In this document: positions 1 through 12,163 of the stretch, piece by piece
Numbering within the stretch: the first letter of the stretch is position 1
How the letters are laid out: every line of letters begins with the position of its first letter
NCBI RefSeq assembly: GCF_006345805.1
Contig: NC_043020.1
Coordinates: 6,138,001-6,202,000, forward strand
Source: Octopus sinensis
Taxonomy: Eukaryota
DNA length: 64,000 nucleotides
Reading direction: 5' to 3'
Program-made: the position numbers and the translations under genes
The notes under the pieces: model-generated
Databases searched by the model: none
What the model was told of the DNA's origin: nothing
The model's input: only the letters and a program-made list of their open reading frames with translations

Positions 1-217
1 GGTGTTGTGAATGTTTATTGAGCAAAAACACCTAAAGCTGCAGCAGGGGGGAGGGCGTTCCCTGCTGTACTCTTTCGCCACAAATTTCTCTCTCTCTTTC
101 TTCTGTTGACCTGCTTGCTTAGCCAGCAGGGTGGCGTCATTTGAAGGGTAAAACAATGCAAAGCACATTGTGACCAGCGATGTGTAGCAACACCTGATAG
201 CTTGGTCAGTCACGGTG

Positions 218-248
<31 letters not shown>

Positions 249-311
249 TGATAAATATTACAATACAGTAGTATTATTTTCTAGCAAAATAAAGCACCGT
301 AAAGGTAGAAT

Positions 312-473
312 TATAAATAGGAATTAGTGACACAACAAGGTCCTAATTTGTGCTAGAAATAGCAGTCAATAACCGTATGATGCTAGGTCCTGTGATAACC
401 ACATGACTTAGCATTGTACGGTTATTGACTGCTATTTCCAGCAAAAATTGGTACCTTGTAGTACCACTATTTC

Positions 474-480
<7 letters not shown>
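312..480. repeat. Imperfect palindrome (core arms 351-394 / 400-443, 5 mismatches)
   Basis: Shares the GCT(A/G)AAATAGCAG motif with the 52455 palindrome. Confidence 0.75.
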
Positions 481-504
<24 letters not shown>

Positions 505-876
505 AGTTTACAGGGATATATTATCCTAGCAGTTACTGTGTTTCCTCTTAATTTAGTTTACGATGCTAGCGAACCGCAACGGTCCTTTTGTGACACCTGA
601 GCTAACAATAAGTTGCTAGGCTCTGATAACTTTTCTCAATAACCAGTTGATCTAGCAAGCAGGACCTCATTTCAGCGAGGTGGGTGCAATGTTGCTGTTG
701 AGAAGTAGGCCCCGAAACAGCATGCATTCTCACTTTACCCTTTTCTTTTCTTGTGTACCAACCTTAAAATCTGAAGTAATTTAGCATCCCCTGGGAAGAG
801 GCAGGCAAGTATGCTAATGGGAAGTACCAGAGGGATGAAGAAAGAGATAGGCCTAAGAAGACATGGTGTGCAGCTT

Positions 877-1445
877 TTAACCCTTTCGTTACTGTATTTA
901 TTTTGAGATGTTCTGTGTTTCTTTCAATTATTTTAAATATAACAAAGAATTTAGTCAAATAACTTAGTTATCATTAAGCTAGTGTTAGGAACAAATTGTG
1001 ACCATGGTTTGGTGGAAGATTTTAATTCAGAACTTATGAAAACAAGACATTTGTACTACAGAGCCAGAACTGGTTTCAGCCAAGTTGGTATCAAATGGGT
1101 TGAGAGAAGCTGTTTAAGAAAGAATGATTTTATTGCTGTTGAGGTCATCTTCACCTTTCATATCTTCAACATCAATACTAATGGGACCTGTGGAAATTCC
1201 ACAGAGTGAAAAAGATTAACCCTTTTGTTACCATATTTCTGTTGAGATGCTCTGTGTTTCTTTCAATAAATTTTAAATATAACTAAGAATTTAGTAAAAT
1301 AACTTAGTTATCATTAAGCTAGTGTTAGGAACATAAATTGTGACTAAGGTTTGGTGGAAGATTTTAATTCAAAACTTATGTAAACAAGACATTTGTACTA
1401 CAGAGCTAGAGGTGGTTTTGGCCAGGTTGGTAACGAAAGGGTTAA
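877..1445 (+). mobile_element. Composite of two TTAA-flanked piggyBac-like MITEs (877-1103, 1216-1445) around a 112-bp spacer
   Basis: TTAA-CCCTTT(C/T)GTTAC...GTAACGAAAGGG-TTAA termini; the same arrangement recurs inverted at 46734-47241. Confidence 0.75.
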
Positions 1446-1732
1446 AGGAGATCTGAGAAATATTAGCCTCAGCTGGGAAGAGGCAGATGACCCTGCTCAA
1501 AGCTGGGATCATTGGAGACATCTTTCTGTTTGTTCAAATAGGCCAACTGCATGGGAGAAATTGAGACTAAGACATCATGCTTAAAATTAGGTCTTTCTTT
1601 TTATGCTTGGTTGCACAAATTTTATCAATGACAAAAATCTATATAGACAGGCAGTCAACAACAGATGTTATCACATGCTCATGTCTATCAAATCATTAAT
1701 GTCTGGGCACAAGGTCAATAATGTATGGGTTT

Positions 1733-1769
<37 letters not shown>

Positions 1770-1959
1770 CCATGCTACCATGGAAAGCGGATGCTAAACG
1801 ATGATAATGATGATATTGATGTTTTACAGCAAAAGCTGATATCCTGTTAGTAACAGAAGTCTTTATTAGCAAAAATTGCAAATTTCCTCAACCAGCTCTG
1901 ATGTTCTGATATCCCACTCCCTCTCACATCGTCTCTCACCACCCCTCTACCATCCAGTG

Positions 1960-2230
1960 AAAGAATTAATCCATGACCAGGCTGGAGCATTTCATCAGTT
2001 GCTGCAACGTTTCTGCTCAGTTTAACACAAAATTTTATTGCACGGCAGTTTCCCTAATTCTCTTCATGTCCTGACTGCATTCTACAAACTAGTCGACTGG
2101 GATTTTTTTCTTATTTAGCCGTCACTTTTCAATTTCTTCAGTTTTTGTTCCAATTGATTTCATATTTGATGTGTTAATGTAGTTGTGCATGGTGATCATT
2201 GACAGGAAATTCATTTTCGCCATAAATCAA
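1960..2230 (-). mobile_element. Mariner 5' region and transposase N-terminus remnant
   Basis: The minus frame reads CAIKFCVKLSRN.AATDEMLQ, resembling the mariner HTH start IKFCVKLGK.ATET.EMLQ. Confidence 0.55.
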
Positions 2231-2308
2231 TAAAGAGTTGATAACTTTTAAAGTTTGCAAATTCTGAGTAATTTTAACCTGTCGAAAACCACAGATACAT
2301 AGCTGCCT

Positions 2309-2322
2309 GTTTCCATAGTAAC
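2309..2322. promoter_or_regulatory. RFX X-box motif
   Basis: GTTTCCATAGTAAC matches GTTNCCATRGNAAC; it lies in non-repeat DNA. Confidence 0.45.
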
Positions 2323-4110
2323 AAACCAAGCTGTTACAGAGCTACTTACCCACATGGTCACTTTTCGCTTATTAAATGCTTAAAACAAATAAGGTATGAG
2401 GTGGTCATGAGATGTGCTAAAAATAACAGCTAAATAGGCCTTAAATTACACACCATCTTTTTGCATAATTGTATGAATTCCCATGTGCAGAATGCAAATT
2501 TGTAAAAATTTTCTGAGATATCCAAAAAATAAAAAAAAGTTATGAGGGTTTTGGGTTCATCATATATACACAACAGGCTTCTTTCAGTTTCCGTCAACCA
2601 AATCCACTCGCACGACTTTGGTTAGACTGAGGCTAGAGAAGAAGACATTTGCCCAAGGTGCCACGCAGTGGGACTGAACCCGGAACCAAGTGATTGAAAA
2701 TAAGCTTCTTACAGCATAAATCATAAACTACAAAGAAATATTTGGATGAATCTGTATTTCGTCATCGCTTAACGTCTACTTTCCATGCTGGCATGGGTTG
2801 GATGATTTGACTTGAGGGCTGGCAAGCCAAAAGGCTACACCAGGCTCCAATCTGATCTGGCAAAGTTGCTACAGCTGGATGCCCTTCCTAACACCAACCA
2901 CTCCGAGAGTGCAATGGGTGCTTTTTATATTCCACTGGCACGAGGGCCAGTGAGGCAGTTCTGTCAACAACCATGCTCAAAAGGTGTTTTTCATGTGTAA
3001 CAGGCACATGTGCCAGTAAGGCAACATTGGCAATGATCACGCTCGAATAGTGCTTTTTACCTACCACCGGCATAGGAGCCAGTCAGCAGTCCTGGCAACG
3101 ATCACGCTCGGATGGTGCTTTTACTGTTCCACGGGCACGTGTGCCAATCAGACAGTACTATCATCAGGCGGCGAGCTGGCAGAAATGTTAGCATGCCAGG
3201 CAAAATGCTTAGCGGTTTTTTGTCTGCCGCTATGTTCTGAGTTCAAATTCCGCCGAGGTCGACTTTGCCTTTCATTTCTTTCGGGGTCGATAAATTAAGT
3301 ACCAGTTACTCACTGGGGATGATGTAATTGACTTAATCCCTTTGTCTGTCCTTGTTTGTCCCCTCTATGTTTAGCCCCTTGTGGGCAATAAAGAAATAAG
3401 TACTGTCATCAGCCACGTCAGTGATTTTGATTTTGATTTCACTTGCCTCAAGTCTTTGCAAGAACGATAAAAAAACCCAAATGTCACAACAAATTTGTTT
3501 CATAACTCAAAAAACACGTAAATACCTTATATTATCATATTCAATGATAAGCAAATTCCTTACATATCAGCACTAATACAATTTTTATCACTAAATTTGG
3601 TAATATAAGTCATTTGCATGTTTTTTGTGCTATGAAACAAATTTTTCGTGATATCTGGATTTCCTATCGTTAAAGATTCATTTAAATATTTCTGTCATTT
3701 ATGACTATATACACTCCCTATCATTTTCTCTCATACAATATATTCTATATGGTTTTTTTTCTACTCTAGGCACAAGGCCTGAAATTTTGGTGGGAGGGGC
3801 CAGTCGATTAGATTGACCCCAGTATGCAACTGGTACTTAGTTTATCGACTCTGAAATGATGTTTTGAAGAGAGTAAAGCAGAAACCTGAGCATATACCTT
3901 TTATTATTTTCATTTACTTGTTTCAGTCTTCAGGCTGTGGCCATGCTGGGGCACTGCCTTGAAGAATTTTTTAGTCCAATAAATCAACCCCAGTCCTTTT
4001 CCTTCTTTCTTTTTTAAAGCCTGGTATTTATTCTATCAATTACTACGCTGAACTGCTAAGTCGCAGGGTATGTAAACACACCAACACCAGCTGTCAATCA
4101 GTGGTAGGGA

Positions 4111-4169
<59 letters not shown>

Positions 4170-6149
4170 AGACAGGCTTCTTTCAGTTTCCGTCTACCAA
4201 ATCCACTAAAAAGGTTTTGGTCGGCCCGAGGCTATGTAGAAGACACTTGTTCAAAGTGCCATTCAGTGGGATTGAACCCGGAACCATGTGGTTGGGAAAC
4301 CAACTTCTTACCACACAGCCACACCTGTGACTATATACAAAAATTCTGCAGAAGTTTAAATAAACTGTTTTATATTTTGTGTGTTTAATACACAAAGTAT
4401 AAACTCATGAAAATAATATGTGCACAGGTGCCAGTGTGGTTAAAAAGCTTGCTTCTCAACCATGTGGTCTTGGGTTCAGTCCCACTAAACAACACCATGT
4501 GCTGGTGTCTTCTACTATAGCTCCAGACAGATCAAAACCTTGTGAGAGAATCTGTTAGATAGAAATTGAAAGAAGCCCATTGTGTGTGTGTGTGTGTGTG
4601 TGTGTATATGAATATATGTGTGTATAAATATGTGTGTGTGTGTGTATGCATGTATGTAAGGATGGATGGGTGGGTGGGTGGGTGGATGGAGCAAAACAGT
4701 TTGATTCAAATTCTGTGGTACTTCGAGTTTCAAAGTGTGTTGCTAATCATCAGCTGTTGGAAATTATATATTGCTGCAGGAGTAGCTGTGTGATAAGAAG
4801 CTTGTGGAATTTGAACTCAGAACATAGCAGCAGATGAAATACCGCTAAGCATTTCACCTGGCGTGCTAACGTTTCTGCCAGCTTGCCACCCTCAATAATA
4901 ATAATAATAATAATAATCCTTTCTACTGAAGGCACAAGGCCTGAAATTTTGTGGGAGGGGACCAACTGATTATATCAACCCAAGTGTTTCACTGGGATCA
5001 ATATAATTTATCGACCCCGAAAGGATGAAAAGCAAAGTTGACCTTGGTGGAGTTTGAACTCAGAATGTAGTGACGGGCAAAGTACCACTAAGCATTTCAT
5101 CCAGCATGCTAATGATTCAATCAGCTCACCACCTTACCTTAATAATAATAGTAATGGTTTCAAATTTTGCGCAAGGTAAGCAGTTTTTGAGGGGGTGGGC
5201 AGTCATTTACATCGAGTGCCAGTATTTGACTTATGTTATCAACCCTGAAAGGATGAACGGCAAAGTCTACCTCGGCAGAATTTGAGTTCAAAAAGAAAAG
5301 GCAGATGAAATCTCACTAAACATTCTGTTGGGCTAACGTTTCTACCAGATCACTGCCTTCGTAATAATAATAATAATAAGCCTTTCTACTATAAGGCACA
5401 AGGCCTGAAATTTGAGGGCAAGGGAACTAGTAGATTAACCCCAATGATTCACTGGTACTTAATTTATCAACCCCGAAAGGATCAAAGGAAAAATTTAGCC
5501 TCAGCGGAATTTGAACTCGGAATGTGGCAGATGAAATACCTATTTCTTTACTACCCACAAGGGGCTAAACACAGATGGGAACGAACAAGGACAGACAAAC
5601 GGATCGAGTCGAACACATCGACCCCAGTGTGTAACTGGTACTCAATTTATCGACCCTGAAAGGATGAAAGGCAAAGCCGACCTCGGTGGAAATTGAACTC
5701 AGAACGTAACAGCAGATGAAATACCGACAAGCATTTCACCCAGTGTGCTAATGATTCTGCCAGCTCACTGCCTTAATAATAATAATAATATTTCTTTCTA
5801 CTGAAGCCACATGGTCAGAAAATTTGGGAGAAGGGGTTAATCAATTATATTGACCCCAGTACTCAACTGGTACTTATTTTATCGACTCGAAATGACGGAA
5901 GGCAAAGATGACCTCGAGGGAATTTGATCTCAGAAAATAATGACAGGTGAAATATCACTAAGCATTTCGTCTGGCACGCGAGTGATTCTGCCATTTCACC
6001 GCGTTAATAATAATGATGATGATGATGATGGTGATGGTGGTCACTCCTATCGATTTCAATGTATGAGTGCTTCATGGAAAGGATTAAATAAAAAAGAATG
6101 TATCCAATGGATGTGTAAATGTAATTTGAGTCCAAATTTGGATTTTACT

Positions 6150-6595
6150 AGGAAGTCACAATGGAGACATTGCTGATTTCGATTTTGCCTGGGATTGGAC
6201 GAATGTCTCTGTTGATTACAGAATATAATGTTTTAATTGTTCTGCTTCTTCAACTCAAATTGTTTTGATGTATCTTGACACATTTTACACCACTCAGATT
6301 TGGGCAATGACTTTCCCCTAAAATGTCAAATCAAGTTTTAAGGATTTTAGTCATTGCTTCAACATATCCTTATATCTAAGGATGGGTCTTCTTTCACCAG
6401 AGAATGTCTCTATTTATTGGTCACACAAAACATTTTTGGAATGCGATCAGCTTGCAGTCAAACATGTCCTGTTTCTCTGCACTGAACTTTCAACAGCATG
6501 CTTCTAATATTCGAGATAGCACATTTTTCTAAAAGTTTGACATTTGACACTTTATCCTGTCATTTTACACTGTAGATATTGCGCATATGGCACAT
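6150..6595 (-). mobile_element. Old RTE LINE 3' ORF remnant
   Basis: The broken frame reads like RNIYSVK.QDKVSN..LLEKC.ISNIRSMLLK...GHV...RIPK...RPILRYKDMLK. Confidence 0.55.
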
Positions 6596-6601
6596 ACTCT
6601 T

Positions 6602-6989
6602 TTACTTGTGTCAGACATTTGACTACGGCCATGCTGGAGCACTGCCTTTAGTCAAGCAACTCGACCTCGGGACTCATTCTTTGTAAGCCCAGTACTTATT
6701 CTATCGGTCTCTTTTGCCGAACCGCTAAGTGACGGGGACATAAACACACCAGCATCGGTTGTCAAGCAATGCTAGGGGGACAAACACAAACATACACGCA
6801 CACATATACATATATATATATATATATACGATGGGCTTCTTTCAGTTTCCGTCTACCAAATCCACTCACAAGGCTTTGGTTGGCCCGAGGCTATAGTAGA
6901 AGACATTTGCCGAAGGTGCCACGCAGTGGGACTGATCCCGGAACCATGTGGCTGGTAAGCAAGCTACTTACGACACAGTCACTCCTGCA

Positions 6990-7030
<41 letters not shown>

Positions 7031-7189
7031 GACGGGCTTCTTTCAGTTTCCGTCTACCAAATCCACTCACAAGGCTTTGGTCGGCCCGAGGCTATAGTAG
7101 AAGACACTTGCTCAAGGTGCCACGCAGTGGGACTGAACCCGGAACCATGTGGCTGGTAAGCAAGCTACTTACCACACAGTCACTCCTGC

Positions 7190-7224
<35 letters not shown>

Positions 7225-7378
7225 GACGGGCTTCTTTCAGTTTCCGTCTACCAAATCCACTCACAAGGCTTTGGTCGGCCCGAGGCTATAGTAGAAGACA
7301 CTTGCTCAAGGTGCCACGCAGTGGGACTGAACCCGGAACAATGTGGCTGGTAAGCAAGCTACTTACCACACAGCCACA
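6602..7378 (-). mobile_element. tRNA-derived SINE family 1 with a triplicated 5' half
   Basis: A/B-box head (TGGCTGTGTGG, GGTTCAGTCCC); three head segments separated by (TA)n. Confidence 0.85.
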
Positions 7379-7435
7379 TATGAAAGATACTTTACACTCT
7401 AATTGACAAGTTATTTTGAATATTAATTTTCAACG

Positions 7436-7829
7436 TGCAAGAGTGGCTGTGTGGTAAGTAGCTTGCTTACCAACCACATGGTTCCGGGTTCAGTCCCACT
7501 GCGTGGCATCTTGGGCAAGTGTCTTCTGCTATAGCCCCGGGCCGACCAATGCCTTGTGAGTGGATTTGGTGGACGGAAACTGAAAGAAGCCTGTCGTATA
7601 TATGTATATATATATATATGTGTGTGTGTGTCTGTGTTTGTCCCCCTAGCATTGCTTGACAACCGATGTTGGTGTGTTTACATACCCGTCACTTAGCGGT
7701 TCGGCAAAAGAGACCGATAGAATAAGTACTGGGCTTACAAAGAATAACTCCCGGGGTCGATTTGCTCGACTAAAGGCGGTGCTCCAGCATGGCCGCAGTC
7801 AAATGACTGAAACATGTAAAAGAGTAAGA
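7436..7829 (+). mobile_element. SINE family 1, near full length
   Basis: A/B boxes, internal TA/TG microsatellite and GACTGAAAC...AAGAGTAA tail. Confidence 0.85.
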
Positions 7830-8004
7830 GTATGTAATATTATATTTTATAATAATTTACATAATCTTGATGCTGGAAATTATTTTGTTATCAACTGTAT
7901 TTATTTGAAATATCTTTAGTAGAAAGTTCATGCTTCTGCCCTGTAAAACAAGTGTGCCCAAACACACAAGATTCGTATTTTAGTTATTTTAGTTTCCAAA
8001 CTGA

Positions 8005-8622
8005 CATCGTGATCATCCTACAAACGATGCGCCTTTAAATATGGTTTCTGATTATAAATATCTTGGGTCATACATATCATCATCTGGAAAAGACTTTCTA
8101 ACTAGAAAGGGTATGGCCTGGTCAGCCTGTAATGACATGCATAAGATCTGGTCATCAAATCTAAGTAGAGACTTCAAACTTGAAATATTCAAAGCCACAG
8201 TCGAACCAATTCTACTATATGGCTCAGAAACCTGGACGTTATCAAAGAAGCTTGAGAGGCGGTTGGATAGAATCTACACTCGCCTCCTTATGAGAGCTCA
8301 AAATCTCTCGTGGAAGCGCCATCCAACCAAAATGCAAATATATGGGAAACTACCACCTGTGTCATCTCTTGTGAAAGGTAGGAGAGTCCAGTTTGCTGGA
8401 CATTGTTGTAGAGCTGAAAAAGAAGTAATTTCTACTCTTCTCCTCTGGAAGCCATCTACTCGCAATACCAGAGGGCGCACACTCTCCTACCCTGATGTAA
8501 TCTCCAGGGATACAGGCATCCAGCAACAGGACCTCCGTAATGCTATGATGGACCGTGAAGTCTGGCGTAACATAGTAAATTCCATTGTCTCGACCACGGT
8601 CGAACAATGATGATGATGATGA
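8005..8622 (+). mobile_element. 5'-truncated RTE-clade LINE, open RT C-terminus
   Basis: 189-aa ORF with YKYLGS, VEPILLYGSETWTL, RRVQFAGHCCR and DREVWR motifs; (TGA)n tail. Confidence 0.9.
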
Positions 8623-8639
8623 CAAACAATGAGAAAGTT

Positions 8640-9010
8640 TTCCAAAAGTACTTATGGCCTCAGATATCCTAACCTCGATTTCCTCATCAAGAGTACTCTT
8701 AAAAGTTTAACTGTACTTCTGAGATATTTAAAGGATTTGACCCATTTCACTGGTTTATTTTCACATTTCAATCTCAAGTAGGCTTCGGTTGGAGTAAAAC
8801 TTCTGTCTCTTTAATGCTGATAATCAGCCCAAATGCATGAAGTGCTGCAACAAACCTGTTGACCATTTCCTGAACTCCCTCAAATGTATGAGAAATCAAA
8901 GTACAATCATCGGTGACCAGAACATCACATAGAACCTCTTCTTTGGTCTTTTTCCTTTGATCTGAAGATTTGCCCATTTAGGTTCACTAGACCTCCATCT
9001 TTGTGAAACT
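8640..9010 (-). mobile_element. Degenerate RTE reverse-transcriptase remnant
   Basis: DVLVTDDCTLISHT..VQEMVNRFVAALHAFGLIISIKETEVL resembles RTE LLFADDCAL...FGLTISIKKTEV. Confidence 0.75.
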
Positions 9011-9029
9011 GGAATTTTTCACCTAAATC

Positions 9030-9620
9030 TTTACTACTCACAAGGGGCTAAACATAGAGGAGACAAACAAGGACAGACTGACGGATTAAGTCGATTATAT
9101 CGACCACAGTGCGTAACTGGTACTTAATTTATCGACTCTGAAAGGATGAAAGGCAAAGTCGACCTCGGCAGAATTTGAACTCAGAACGTAACAGCAGACG
9201 AAATACCTATTTCTTTATTACCCACAAGGGGCTAAACACAGAGGGGACAAACAAGGACAGACAAAGGGATTAAGCCGATTACATCGACCCCAGTGCGTAA
9301 CTGGTACTTAATTTATCGACTCCGAAAGGATGAAAGGCAAAGTCAACCTCGGCAGAATTTGAACTCAATGTAACAGCAGACGAAATACCTATTTCTTTAC
9401 TACCCACAAGGGTCTAAACATAGAAGGGACAAACAAGGACAGACAAACGATTAAGTCGATTACATTGACCCAGTGCGTAACTGGTACTTAATTTATCGAC
9501 CCCGAAAGGATGAAAGGTAAAGTCGACCTCGGCGGAATTTGAACTCAGAACGTAACGGCAGACGGAATACGGCTACGCATTTCGCCCGGCGTGCTAACGT
9601 TTCTACCAGCTTGCCACCTT
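9030..9620 (-). mobile_element. tRNA-derived SINE family 2 (Meta-domain-like core), head-to-tail trimer
   Basis: Core GCCTTTCATCCTTTCGGGGTCGATAAATTAAGTACCAG resembles the MetaSINE/Sauria core as I recall it; three units of about 180 bp. Confidence 0.8.
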
Positions 9621-10143
9621 CATGATAATTCTTAAAAGTATTTGGAGCAACATCAGAAAGAATATGGCAAAAATTATAGGAGCTAAAACACAGCCCTGCT
9701 TAATTCTAGATAAGAAAATGCCTCTGAACGATGAGGATAGATATCACTGTTGCCATCATTCCTTGGTGTAAAGATGCTACTACCCTCATCTCAATGATTT
9801 CAAATTTTGGCACAAGGCCAGCAAGTTCAGGGAGGGGATAAGTCAATTACATTGACTCCAGTGTTCAACACGTACCTGTAAGGATTAAAGGCAAAGCCAA
9901 CCTCAGCGGAATATGAACTCAGAATGTAAAGATGGATGAAATGTTGCTAAGCATTTCGCCTGGCACATTAAAGATTCTGCCAGCTCATCACCTTGATAAT
10001 ATAAGATGTAAGAAGCTGATCTTCATCTGTCTGTTTCTAACAACTATGTAGAGGGAGGCAAGAAGGGGAGGAATCGACAGGGGAGAGAACTAGTAAGAGA
10101 GAGAGAGAGAGAGTGAAAGACAGATAGATAGATAGATAGTGTT

Positions 10144-10157
10144 GTCACCATAGTAAC
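10144..10157. promoter_or_regulatory. RFX X-box motif
   Basis: GTCACCATAGTAAC next to a (GA)n tract and a GCGGGAA (E2F-like) site. Confidence 0.4.
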
Positions 10158-10755
10158 TAAAAGGTTTTGATTAAAAATGCGGGAATTTTAAGAGCAAGTT
10201 TATCAACACAATGCAACACAGACTTCAAAAACATAACTATATATATATATATATATAGTTATTTTTTAGTTGTGTGTGTGTGTGTGTGTTTCTGTGTGTT
10301 TTCAACACAGACAACACACACAGACTTTATATATATATATATACATATATACGACAGGCTTCTTTCAGTTTCCGTCTACCAAATCCACTCACAAGGCATT
10401 GGTTGGCCCGAGGCTATAGTAGAAGACACTTGCCCAAGATGACACACAGTGGGACTGACCCCGGAACCATGTGGTTGGTTAGCAAGCTACTTACCACACA
10501 GCCACTCCTGCGCCTATAATAATAATAGTGATAATAATTCTTTCTACTAAAGGCACAAGGCTTCAAGTTTGGTGGGAGGGGACTAGTCAATTGCATTGAC
10601 CCCAGTGTTTCACTGGTACTTAATTTATCGACCCCGAAAGGAAGAAAGGCAAAGTCAACCTCAGCGGAATTTGAACTCAGAACGTAATGGCAGATGAAAT
10701 ACCACTAAGCATTTCATCCAATATGCTAACGATTCCAGCCAGCTCACCACCTTCA

Positions 10756-10960
10756 ATAATAATAATAATAATAATAATGATAATAATAATGATAATAATA
10801 ATGATGATAATAATAATGATGATAATAATAATAATGATAATAATAATAATGATGATGATAATAATGATAATGATGATAATAATGATAATAATAATAATAA
10901 TGATAATAATAATAATAATGATAATAATAATAATAATGATAATAATAATAATAATAATAA
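10756..10960 (+). repeat. (AAT/GAT)n trinucleotide tract
   Basis: About 205 bp of mixed AAT/GAT; the source of the spurious poly-Ile and poly-Leu ORFs. Confidence 0.95.
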
Positions 10961-10961
10961 T

Positions 10962-11500
10962 GCCCTGATGCAGTACCAGGCAGTGGCTTTCATGGCTTCT
11001 GATCTTAACTGATTGGAAGTGTTATCATGTACATTGTTTTGTCTTGGTATAAAAGATGGGCTACAGCAAATATTCTGCTCAATACCACAGATTTGCTTGT
11101 CAGTTGTTTGACCTTAACCAGTTGAGCATGTCCCTTAGTGGCTGACGATATGTGCATCTCTGATCACGAGCAGAAGTAGTGGGGGAGCATCATAGCCATG
11201 TGTTGAGAGGGATTCTTTGGAAACATGCGTGGTTCTTTCAACATCCTTAAACAACCCTTATTCAGGGACCGTTTGAGCAGGATGGGCTACTCAACCTGAA
11301 GAAAATTCTAACTGGGCCCCACCTGCAAGGTCATGTGCTGTTTATCTTGATATGAGATCACCATGTCGCGCACATATGGTTGTGATGCATGTGCCTGGTG
11401 TACCTTTATCAGACGGGTAGTCATGATGGGTATATTGGGCTTCGTATATTTTACCCCAGTGTCACTTTGATGGCATGAACTGCTCTCTCACTCAATAATA
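10962..11500 (+). mobile_element. Retroposon 3' repeat with (AAT)n tail (partial inverted copy at 37565-37795)
   Basis: Ends CCCCAGTGTCACTTTGATGGCATG.ACTGCTCTCTCACTCAATAATAAT. Confidence 0.6.
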
Positions 11501-12163
11501 ATGATAATAATAATAATTTGTGCTATTTCGCCTTTTAGTGGCTTGTATTCTTGAATCTTTTCCAACTCTTTCTCACCCGCTCATGTGTACCCGGGTATGG
11601 CAATACCCATGATCTTGGTTTCCTTCCTCCTTTCATCCACTACAACAATGTCTGGTCTCTGAGTATCAAGTAATAATAATAATAACAACAACAATAATAA
11701 CAACGACAATAATAATAATAATAATAATAACAACAATTTCTTTTTTGATTTTTCAAATGTAATGTCTTCTAGTTTGAAAGAAAGGTGAGTATTATAACTG
11801 TAATTTTTACACTAGAGAAACACATCACACTACAATGATGACAACAATAACAACAACAACACCACAAATTACATACAACAACAACAACAACAAAAAAAAC
11901 TGAATTATTTCCTCCCCCTTACAGAAAAAAAAAATTAAATAATAATAATAATAATAATAATTATTTTGTTTTGAATTTTCGTTACGTCTGTGTTTTGATT
12001 TGTTAGATAAATAAGTTTAGACCAAGATTTCGAAAATTGTTTGAATGTTTGTTGGGGGGCAGAAAAGGAGAAAAAAACAAAACAAAACAAAAAACAAAAA
12101 CAAACAAAAAACAACTAAAGAAAAAAAAAGAGAATGGAATTTGAAAAAAATAAAATATATTTT

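Noticed and set aside
690-730. CTGTTGA...CCCCGAAACAGC, possible decayed hammerhead
   Set aside because: A6 is lost and none of the stems can be closed convincingly.
1975-2030. CTGATGA and GAAAC on the minus strand (possible hammerhead)
   Set aside because: The motifs are in the wrong order or spacing for closed stems, and the sequence is better explained as mariner transposase N-terminal codons.
4710-4760. Minus-strand CTGATGA...GAAAC...GTA
   Set aside because: Stem II does not pair and the sequence after the cleavage site is not complementary to stem I.
10661-10993. Poly-Ile/Leu ORFs and the many YIYI/HTHT/CVCV ORFs (e.g. 38651-39173, 13659-14015)
   Set aside because: Translations of microsatellites.
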